From positions 78,306,001-78,370,000 of the forward strand of contig OZ320318.1 of the NCBI GenBank assembly GCA_976226885.1: a stretch of 64,000 nucleotides of DNA. The letters run 5' to 3'. The notes under the pieces are model-generated. The model was given only the letters and a program-made list of their open reading frames with translations. It was not told the origin of the DNA and did not search any database. The position numbers were made by a program, and so were the translations under genes. This DNA is from Iphione sp. A-MEVVRFRX5. Its lineage: Eukaryota. Numbering within the stretch: position 1 is the stretch's first letter; each line of letters starts with the position of its first letter. Positions 10,963 through 22,588 of this stretch are shown piece after piece.

Positions 10963-13900
10963 GACAGTATGTCTCTACACATCTATTGTACTTTTTGTGT
11001 CAGCTGAAGCCTACTTTTTCCTTCTCTCATACTGATGAGGGAGTACTACATGCAATGAACATGCGGTATTCGTAACCATTTCATTGCGTTTCATTTTTAT
11101 CGTTTTCGAACGCTTCCATCCCGTCGTGAATCAGGCATGTGGGATTGTGCTGGTACTATATGAAAGTAGAAGGACCAAAGTTCAGGCAACAATTGAAGTG
11201 TAATCCTAAAACAAACGCATGTGATCATTAACGACCTGAATGTGTAAAACAACCTCGTTATCTGTATTTTCTCACAAGGGGCACTCAGAATACACAATGC
11301 GAACTGCGTTCGCCTTATAAATCTTACGATAGGCCAATGTTGCTATTTATGCCGCCACTTGCTCGATGGGTGGGAGCTGTCAGGGTAAAGACTTCACCTA
11401 GAGGAGACGTTCCACCAGGTGGGAAGAATAGTGGCTGTTTGGGCCAGTGTAAACACACCTCCTGGGGGGCAGACTGGTTGTGGCGATGAGCCTCCCATCA
11501 GGGGGCCTCTCAGTGGGTGAGCAACTCCTGGGGTCACCGCCAGAGGGCCTGGGGTCAAATCGGCAGGACGGGACAGGGCGCGCACGGAAGGAGAACGCAA
11601 GAAAAGAGGCCGAGATAAACGTAGAGCTCTCTCGTGTGCGGAGTGGGAGAAAAGAGAAAGTAGTTGTTTTTCAGCGTTGCTGCCGACTGTGGTATTTGGT
11701 GATCAGCCGGGGCTGGGATGTGATGGGCGGAGAGGTGGTAGCGGCTGCGGTAGACACTGAGCGTCTGTAAGTGACTTATCACGTGGTACAGAAGGCTGCT
11801 AGAACAGATGGTTGGCATATATATATATTCACCTCGACCGGACAATGAAATATGACTGCAACAGTTCTACGTCCAACGTTATTTTGGGGCGATGAGGAAA
11901 ACGCTCACTGCTCCAGCATGTTCGCAATCTCTCCCGTCATCCGTAGCTGTCCAATAGAGTTGGCGAATACCAGTCGGTTTCCTCTCAGTAGAGCTCAATC
12001 ATATTTCTAACTGTATGAACAACAGGGATAAAAGGGACAGAAGAACAGAGCACAATAAAAGGAACGTTATTCCCCGGCAGTTGCTAAAAGAAAGTGATAG
12101 AGATATTCCACAACGAGACAGATACAGATTTAGAGTAGAAGAGAGTCGGATACAGACAGGATGGATGATGGAGAGAATGCGTCTTGACAGATAGCGAGAT
12201 GTTGGGGCGATCACTAGATCAGGCCATTTGATAACCTACTTTTTTGAAATCAAATCGATTCGATTGAGGTAAACAGGAAGTGAAAAAGGATGAAGACGTC
12301 GAGGTTAAATCTGTACCAGTCGGGGCGAGTCGAAGACCAACAGGGGGCGGGTGGGGGGGGGGGATATCCCGAGTCTCCGGTCGGTTGATTCTCCTGTTTA
12401 ATCCGTGACCTTGGACACAGGAGAGGTCAAGTCGTTCGGATGAACACAGGGGCTCATGGGACCGACGATTGGGGGTCAGGCCTGCTTCGGTTCGAGCAGC
12501 TGCGAGCCACTGATACAACTGTTGCCCTGAACACAAGGGTTGGATGAGCCGCTGCCCGGGGCGGATGGACCCGTCCTCCCCCCTCCCCCTCACACACACA
12601 CACCCTCACACACACATACACACACGCTTAAACACAGTCACTGCTGCTGGCCAAGGTCTCAGCGGCCAACCAGTAGAGAGGTACCCTTCTCAGGTTTTGT
12701 TTCCATACCATTTTTAGAACAATCCTTCACTTATTTCACACCCGCTAGTGCACGGCCCACGCTTGGATAGAATTAAGGTCGTAGCCGAATGCTTATCAGA
12801 CAGAATATTCTAAAGAAGAATAAACTGATATTACATATTTTCTCGATATAGGGTTAACTGACATAGATTTGTATATCGAAAATAAAGGAGCAGTTCCATT
12901 TATAGATCTGGGTTATTAAAATGTGGACTCTAACAATTATATCTTTCAAGATAATTGTATATTTCAAAAGATACATACATGTACGTTTATTCTCATCACG
13001 AAGACCACGTATGATGAACAGCTAAAGTACAATGTATGTATACAAGTTAAAAGCAATACACTGTACCCTTATAGAGACGAATACCTGTGTGATTGTTATT
13101 TTTCTAAATAATCGGTAAGACAAACACTTGCGGTTAATGACAATACCGTCCCTAATGTATCTAGCTGTCCGGATTCACGAGATACCGAAAGGAAAGACAT
13201 CTATGTAGCCTCTGATGGAAGAAGACGGATCAGATTATTTCCCGAATGGTTCATCCTGCTGGTAGTTATCCCTCTTCATCCATCCCTTTCGAGCCCCTCA
13301 GGTGGCTCCAACAACTACATTCACTCTCATCCCCTACGCCAACCAGAGGCCCAAAAGGCTATGATCCATTGACCCCGGTTGACCCCTGGCCGTCACGTGG
13401 TATTGTATGGGCTATCCCCATTGGCTGCTCGACTCTGACAGCCGGTGGTCCTGGGTCAATGACCTGTCAGTTGGGCTATTGAGAGCCCCCAAACGGATAT
13501 GTGCGAAACTTAAGATCACAAGTGACAGTCTGCAGTGGTCCAAACCGCTCAACTATGCAAAAAGGATGAGACGCAAGACAACGAGGAGGTAAAGTAATAT
13601 GAGAAAAAGGGAAGAGGAAGAAAAGATAAAAGAAATGAGGAGCGATAACCGATGACACATTACTCTTTTGGAGGTCAGCCATACGGAAAGTAACAGTAAG
13701 GAAATAAAGATGTGAGTTTACGGCAGAAAATATATACGAAGGTGACATATTATATGTTTCCCTTCTCTGATTATATCCGCCAAAATATAGGCCCTGAAAA
13801 GAATGTAGTAGGTGTGAAGAGTAAAGTACGTTAGAGAAGTTATATTTGACTCTATGAGGTGTACCATTATAAAAACAAACAGGAGGTTTTTATAGAAATT

Positions 13901-14039
13901 CCATCCCATTAAGAACGCTATTTATAACTATTCCGATGACAGTTAGTATGGTGATGAAAGGAACATTTGTACTTCAGTGCACATGGATACAATTTTAATC
14001 TGACTACGATCAAAGTGACATAGGTTTGCAGCAGTGCCA

Positions 14040-14490
14040 GTTATAAAGATTCCTTGAAAGTGTCATGGATGTCAGTGGCCCTGTCCCTAGCCTGCTCCAT
14101 ATATCAATTATCCATTCTTAGCTAGATACAGGTTCCTTGAGGGTATCATGTGTGGCATGGCCCCAATTTTAGCCTGCTCCATGCATCAAGTGCCCATTCA
14201 TATCTACAGACACGTGCTCTTTGACAATATCATGAGTGACATAGTCCTGAGCCTAGCCTGTTCAATGTGTCAAGTATCCATTCTTACCTATAAACATAGG
14301 TTCCTTGACAATATCATGAAGGACATGGTTCTGTTCCTAGCCTGCTCCATGCATCAAGTATCCATTCTTATCTACAGACACAGATTCCTTGACAATATTA
14401 TGAGAGACATGGTCCTAACCATGGTCAATGTGTCAAGTATTAATTCTTAACTGGCAACAGGTCCCCTGACAGTATCAGGAGTGATATTTG
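14040..14490 (+). repeat. 84-bp minisatellite, ~5 copies
   Basis: The TAGCCTG(C/T)TC(C/A)AT core recurs at 14088, 14170, 14254 and 14338. One frame (14148-14450) reads as 28-aa repeats. Confidence 0.9.
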
Positions 14491-16140
14491 TGTGATAGAT
14501 AGGAGTTTTTGCTAGAAATACAACGTATCAAATCTCAGTGCTCACGTATTCTTCTGACCTCGGACAGACTTCAAATCAACAAGGTGAGATAACTTCATCA
14601 CAATCAGGATAATATTCTCACCTAGACTCTGGCATTTAATCTCTTTCTTTGAAAATGCTTCCAGGAAGACTAGTTTGATTTTGCTTCATCGTACATGACT
14701 CCAGGAAGGCTTGTCGAATAAATGGTGCAGCCCGCATGCTAGTACATGTACTCCCTTTCACATACGTTTCCCATAGGTCTGATCACCTGTCCCTCCCAGT
14801 AACAGGAGTCTTTCACAGGTGTCCATGTAACACACCTTGTTGAGTTCTAAAGGAGCTTACACCTGCCCATGAGTATGCCAATGATATCTTACAAAATACA
14901 ACTCCTGTTTTCCTATAATTGTCTCTGCGAAAATGAACATGACCACAAGACGAAATGGTGGCAATCTGTGCATCATTACATGATCTGGGACCGAAACTCT
15001 GAAGACTGACTGGCAACATGCCCGCCATTATGATAAGCTCTTCATGTTGATATGAATTGCCTTCCTCCCGCGGCCTGAACACACACTTCTCTCTTGTCAC
15101 CTCATCTTTCTGCTGGGCCGAATCTAGCCAGGCTCTGGCGGCTTCACTACACTCCGTCCTCCCACCTTCCCACCCACCCACCTACCCCCCCAGTATCCTC
15201 TCTATTACATGGCTCCGCTGCGGCGCTTGGTCATGGCCACTGGTTGCTGATGCTCAATCATCGTGGCTTGTTAGCACCACATAAATACAAAGGCGTGCCA
15301 ATTACAGCTAGATTCACCGACTGCGGACACGCTTTACTGCTCCCTTCACACTCCCTGTGACACACTCGCTCACACAAATGCGCTCTGCCAATGCATTATG
15401 CAAAGGCATATACATTGGACAGCTGACACTTAATTTGGATAAGATTCAATCGCAACTACAAAGCCTCATGTACTCAATACCAAACACAGTCATGACTCGA
15501 CAGCCAGTTGCCTATCCTTGCCCAATATTCATTCGAAAATCGAAATTCTTCGAATGTTGGGTCTCATTTCTGCAGAAATGGCAAATAAATGAGTAACTTC
15601 GATTCAAAGTGTTTCGGAAAGCGAAGTCTGGTTATTTACGTAAGCAATACATACAGACAGCCTGACACGTAGATACCACCATTATGTACACATGTAATTC
15701 TATTAACTTTTCGACACGTAGATGTATTTACACACGTTATTTACACGTTATGTTTGAAGCACAGTTAGCGTATAGACACAATGCATACAAAGGCAGCACA
15801 GCTGCATGCCCATGTGCAGTGCACGTACACGGACCGCATATACGCACAGCGCCGAGCCTCATCCTCGTATCTCGTCAGCGGCGGTGACGACCGCGACGGA
15901 AACGACGACACGGGCGGGCGACCACGGCGGGCGATCGGTCGGACGGACGGTGGTGTCGTCTTCAGTCGGGCGTGTAATTGGTGTAGATCGGCCATGGGGA
16001 GCGACGAGACGGAATGGAGGGGGGGAGGGGTGGGGACTGGAGGCGAGAGTGGGACCGATGAGGGGGAGAGAGGGGGCTCGGTGCAGGAGGATCCGTACCG
16101 AGAGAGCGAACGAGTGAGCGAGAGAGTGAGTGGGTAAAGG

Positions 16141-16141
16141 T

Positions 16142-16192
<51 letters not shown>
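16141..16192 (+). repeat. Compound (TG)n(AG)n microsatellite
   Basis: Read directly. Confidence 0.95.
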
Positions 16193-17400
16193 TTTATGTA
16201 TTTGTGCTTCTATGTATCTGTCTGGTCTCGTAGGTGTGTTAATATTTGACTATGGCACGACTGAGAATCGAAAATATAGATGCAGAGAAGGACGAGGACC
16301 CACCATAGGAATGCACGGGCTTCGAGAAGACACTCTCAGTGTCGTTGAAAATTCATTTTGGAATACGGATAAATGAGATATTGCAAACATATGGCATAAG
16401 ATACAACATAACTTTTTGTCTCATAAATCTATTACAAGGATGACTGCTATAATGTCAGTCTGAATCAGCTGAAGCCCAATCTTGAGATATAATATCGGAT
16501 TTACAGCCAATTAATGTTAAAAATGCCAGCCAACAAATATTTATAACGAGACTAGTTAGCAGGACCAGCCATTCTTCGTCCTAGCACTGAATACCAAGAC
16601 AGAGGCGGGTTCGAGACAGATCGAGCAGTGTACGAGGACTGCGCAGACAACAAGGCAGCCCCAACGCTTTATTATCTAGTTTTTCTTCCTCCCCGCACCC
16701 ACTCCCTCCTCCACGACTACCGATCCATGATGGCGGATGTAATTGGAGACGGCCAGACCACGTGACCCAGGAGGCGGGACTTCCCATCATTCACCGCGCC
16801 GCCTGAAAGCTTCAGTTTGATGACGGCTGATGGAGAAAGGGTACGGGGTGGGGGGTCGGGCGTGGTGGTCTGGCGGGCTTTGGGGCTCGAAGATAGAAGA
16901 TTGTTACAATGTCGACTCTGGAATGTCGCCACCATCGCCGATACCCCCGCCGCCACACGGATTTGTCGCCACTTTCTGAAAGTCTGCACATAATGAAGTG
17001 CTCCTGCAGTTAGTCCGCCATTCGCTTCCACCATATTTCTAGGATTTGGTAGGCAAATCTCCTTCTCCCAGAACATCAGCCATATAAGCATGAGAAAATT
17101 ATCAGCGCTGAGGGGCCCGATCAGGAGTAGCATATTCAACGAGAAAATTCTGATCTGAATTAGATAGAACTAGTCTGTCAAATGGTTGTGAAACCAAGAG
17201 TAAAATCCTGCTGTACGTCGAAAATCGACTAAACATTTCTCGGTAGAAAATGCTGTGGCGGCTTCCGCTCATCGTTCTGGCTTAATCGATGGCTGTTCGC
17301 ATTCAGACTGACTGGTCGGCGGGCATTCTTTTCGGTTAAGCCGCTGGTCTAAACTCCTCCCACACCGACGCTCCACACGCGAGGCAGGTCCCAGACATGC

Positions 17401-17402
<2 letters not shown>

Positions 17403-17472
<70 letters not shown>
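17403..17472 (+). repeat. (GA)n microsatellite
   Basis: Read directly; two interruptions near the 3' end. Confidence 0.95.
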
Positions 17473-20400
17473 AAGAGGGGGCGCACACCACTCGACAGTA
17501 GCATCCACAAGCACAAGAAACGCTTCCTACCTCCACGTTTTCTTGTTGATTATGTTTATTTAGAAGCATTATAAGAGGACGCACTGCATTCTACTAACAG
17601 CGAGGTCCTACGTTCCATGATAACTACCGTCCGTTGGTAAAGCAAGCGCCTATGTTCTCGTCATTCTGCTGGATATCATATGTAAGTGTAGATGTTTTAC
17701 TGCGCAGTGGCACACTACATGGCATACAGTCTATCCAATCCTAACTCCGTTCCTCTACAGCATACATTGTGAAAACCACACAACTGCCTAGAATTAGGGA
17801 GTTTTTCGTCATGGCCACTAAGCGAAATGGATGTTTCCGCCCATGCTCTTCATCGTTAAAACATGGCATTTCAAAGGCCGCGTTGTGTTGAATTTGGCAT
17901 GTTAAAAACATCTTTCTCCAAGTTGTTTCGTCTGTTGAACACTTCCCATCGAGAAACCTTCTTTTGCCCAAAGTGACCTGACAAATGTTAACTGCTAGAC
18001 CAGAATGACTCCAGTGATATAGGTACGTCAGTAGTGGGGCGGGGGGTTGTATGACAGCAAGCTGAGCATTTATACATACTACACGGTGTTATTTTGTAAA
18101 TCAATAGGCAATAGCAACATCTTTGCAACATATATGACTTTGAAAAGAACTTAAGACACTGTACTTCTCTTCTACGATATAACAAGCTTAATATTATCGC
18201 CTCGATTGATTCGTTTAACCAACAATTGTCCTCCATGTGGTGCGTTACACTGACCTGTTGGACCAGTTACTGAGACTGGAGAGTCAGCTACGACATATTT
18301 CTCCAATTCTACGTACGAAGGTAGATGGATTGCTGAAACTGTCCATACGATATTTTTTTTACAACCTAACCCAAGAACCAGAGAAATCTAATATGGAAAT
18401 TGCGATACTACATATTGGTCCTCTACCACATAACCCCGGTGTTGGAGTCACCTTGGAGAAATGTTACAGGCATGTATCTACAATTTACATCATTAGAGAT
18501 GGATATTCTGTGATTCTGCTTCAGGCTCCTCTTATAGAAGGAGGGGATACGTGTATATAGGTCTGAAGATGGTGACAGATATGCTGCTATGTTTACCCCT
18601 GGTGATTATGCCAATTGCTTTCTCTTACATGTTTTATAATATAAAAAGGAAATACTCTTGTACAATATATTCAAGTGCATGTATAAAGCGCGGTAGATAC
18701 GCTAATGAAATAAAGGGGAAAAGCAGAGGAGAAAATGACGCTGTGAACAAAGGCAGAAATAGTGCCACGAGAAAGGTGTATCCACAGAGATAAGTGGCCC
18801 ACAGATTCGAAAGGCAAAGAAAGTCTCCATGAACAGGGGCAATAACCAGGGGGGAAAATGCTGGCAAGTGACACTTGCAGAAGACATGCCGCTTCTACAG
18901 AAGTACAAGACTCAGACACCAAGTAGAACAAGAACAAAGGTCCGATAAAAAGGGTCCGACAAAAATCACCGACAGTTGTCAGTATTTCACCTGCTCATTG
19001 CGATTACTCTGAGCGGGAATCTGAGAGAACTGCCATGGAAATGTATGGTGCCAGGTACATGTCATCAGAGGAGGTCATGGGAAACAGTTGGCTGTATACC
19101 AACAGGACCCACGCCTAAACCGCTAATGCAAGCCGCTGGTGAAATAATATCTCCCAGGTGCAATCCCTTTAAAGAGTGATAAATAAACTTACTGATGTGA
19201 CAGCCACATTTACATCGCATTTATTTCGAATAAATTTTAATATATGGCGTGCTTTATCGGCGGTGGGGACTGGTAAAATGATGTTATGATAAAATATAAT
19301 GGCAATACGGAAAAAAATCCGCACTGCATTTATTCCACATAATCATCATATCCGCTCATCATTACTCCCTGGGATCCAAAGCATTGCTATCTTGGACCGC
19401 AGTTAGCGTTTGTTCCAAGGATTTCTGGTCGCAGCGCCGAAACCTTTCTTCGCTTAAACAACAGTTCGGATTTCCTTTCCAATGAACCAATGAATACTTC
19501 AAAAAAGGGCTCTACCTACATAATTCATATATAATGAGGTCATGTCTGATACATACAGGTGTACTCCCAGTGCCTCGCTCAGTATTGCTTATCTCGCATA
19601 AGAAAGGACCTGTGCATCATTTCGGTAGAGTTTCCCTGTGTCTGGTTAAGGCCGCCCCGCTGTCTGATGGACTCTCGCTTGATTAGAAGCACCCGAAACC
19701 TGGCCGCACTAATTAAACAGCCGCTTTGCCCCCTGGTGTACATGAGGCACGGCGTGGGACGAGAGTGATTAGTTGACACTCTGTATAAGGTGCAAGCTCA
19801 GCGAGAAACTCTAACAAGATAAGCCATAGACAACGAGATCAATGACAGCCAGCTTGACAGCAAGCAAAAAGACAATAACCGAAGGTAGCGTTGAGCCTAG
19901 AAGCGAGTGTCTTTATAGCTACTACATGTAGAGATACGGAATGGCCGGTGCTACTTTATAGCTACTCCATATAGAGGAGGGAGATGGCCTGCACCTCTTG
20001 TTAACCATCCTGTCTATAGAGGGAAGATGATAAAACTACACTGAACAGAGAAGGGAGGAGACCCTACTACGGAATGACGACCCGAGCAGGTGCCCCGAGG
20101 CTTGATATACATATATACAATGACTACCGAGGGAGATGTACTCACCAGATGAATATACACATTGTATGGACCAATCCTACTTCTAGGTTCACACATATAG
20201 ATAAATGGATAAAGGAGGTTAGATAGAGTATCAGCTAGATACACAGATAACTGAAATGAGACGGGGAATACGATGAAGAAAAGTACTGAGATGCCATAGA
20301 AACAGCCCGATAGCGAACCTAAGCAGAATTCGTGGAAAGAAACACTGGAATAAATCAGAATATCCAGAAGGTCCGGTATAGAGGGCGGATAGTTGAGCGC

Positions 20401-21924
20401 CGGGGCTGCCACCAGGAGGCGTTCTAATAATACAAGCTGGGTATTGACGGAGGCCCTGTCAGCAGCGAGGACTATTCACAGCAAGTTGGGGCGGGGGTAA
20501 GTGGAGGAGGGGGGGAGGGGGGGGGGGCGTACGTTTGTCAGACGACAGGAGTAGGTCAACAGCAGTCGGCCTGATGAATGCCCCCGCTCCGCTCCTCCTA
20601 GTGTCAACCCACATCTCGCCAGCGATGCTAATGTAAAGGACGTCAAAGCCAAATGCGGAGAGCAGCAACTAAAACAGTCTCTATCTCTCACACACACTAC
20701 CATACACACATACGTGACATATAGCCACGTACCTACTTATCTGCTGCCTTTTCTATCAATATGTTCACACAAGCCCAGACGACTCCAACTATCGAACAGC
20801 AGTTTAGACAGAAGTATTCGAAAGTACAAGATTTGACTGTATAGTGGTCACATATGTGAGCGACTAAGCCAGCGGTTTGTGAATGTTGAAGAAGGTTCAT
20901 TTATCTATACTTACACATTTCGAGTGTGTATCCAGTACATGCCTGGCAGTAACAGGCTATAAAAAAGAAACTACAGAATTCCTGTGCATATTGCATCCGT
21001 TGGTAATGGCTGACAGATACATCGAAATAGCTGTTTCCTCATTGGCTACAGTGGAGAACATACTGACGGATATGCTCTAAAATCCACAGTATGAACACAC
21101 CGGCCCTATGATGGATATGCACTGGACATAAACAAGATATGCAGAATGCAGCCATGCATCAGCTCAGTATTGGACACAGCTAAAAGCCAACCCTTTCATT
21201 TATCATGTGTCCCACCCATCTAAAGGGTATAGCCTACAGCATCGCAGCCCTTAAACATTAATATATAATTTAATATCCTTTATCTCTACTACTCAGAGGG
21301 AGCCATATTCATCATCGGTCTTAACTAGTTTGCCTCGCCAGAATTCCGGTGGGCTAAGGTCAGCCATACAGGTGCTCTGTCACCTGAAGGGACCCTGCAT
21401 TAACTGCATTGAATGTTACGAAATCATTAAATCATTCACGTCGGACTATTGGTAATGTTTCGCTGTGTATGTTTGTGTGTATGTACGGCCATCGTGGTAA
21501 ATTTAGGGTCAATAGTTTACATATATATAGAGTGGACTATCTGAATCCTAGCGTGACAACACAGATCGGCATCTGGACCCGCTGGGGTATACAAATCATA
21601 GATTGTTACACACACTCACACCCTCTGCAAAACACACCTTATTTTTCTGCATCTACTGATAGATGAATTATAACCTACAAATGAATTATGAATGGAGATG
21701 GTGTGTAAAGAAATACGTCAGTCACCTCAATTATCTTTCCTCAGACACGGACTCGCCGTGCTGAGAAGCTGTGGCAAAGAACGAGGTCCAAAAAGAAAGT
21801 TAAGTATTCGGCGTTGGAAGTCAATGGGACCCAATCTTTTAACTGAGACGAAACTGCATTAGTCACGGATTTAATTTCCTACACGAAACGAAACTAGGTT
21901 AGAAATAAGCACTGGGCATGGTGT

Positions 21925-22066
21925 NNNNNNNNNNNNNNNNNNNNNNNNNNNNNNNNNNNNNNNNNNNNNNNNNNNNNNNNNNNNNNNNNNNNNNNNNNNN
22001 NNNNNNNNNNNNNNNNNNNNNNNNNNNNNNNNNNNNNNNNNNNNNNNNNNNNNNNNNNNNNNNNNN
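21925..22066. other. Assembly gap (142 N)
   Basis: Run of N characters. Confidence 1.
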
Positions 22067-22532
22067 CCGGCGCGGAGGCAAATTTTCATTTATTTAATAT
22101 TTTCCTAAGATTGGTCTTACTTCACAAGAGAACCTGGAGGGGTCTTCTCTGCGACAACGGAACATCAAGTACCGGTCGACACAAAAAAAGGAAAAAGTGA
22201 TAAAAAGTGGAATGGTATGAGCACGAGGAGTAGAAACGAAAGACAGAAGCACGTACAGAGAGAAAATTGTAACACCCTGCTGTCCAAGCTAGAAATCGGA
22301 AACCAGACAGTTTAAAATAACTAGACAGAGTAAAGAGGCAGACTCAACAATAGAGATACATTGTACCTCGAAGAAACATAATCACTCAATGTGTTACTCG
22401 TTACCCTAGTCACCCGTCTCTGGATAGAGGAAAGACAGTCTATTCAGGGATACATGTATATGAGGCAAGTTTAAGGTGAGAGAAACTGTCCATTCCTGAT
22501 AACCACCAGTTCCTTTCTTCACTAGGTCGATA

Positions 22533-22588
22533 CAGTGCTACTGTCAGTGCCATCCAGTAGCAGTGCTTCTGTCAGTGCCATCCAGTAG
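22533..22588 (+). repeat. 28-bp tandem duplication (1 mismatch)
   Basis: CAGTGCTACTGTCAGTGCCATCCAGTAG followed by CAGTGCTTCTGTCAGTGCCATCCAGTAG. Confidence 0.9.

Noticed and set aside
21925-22081. ORFs spanning the N run
   Set aside because: Artefacts of the assembly gap.
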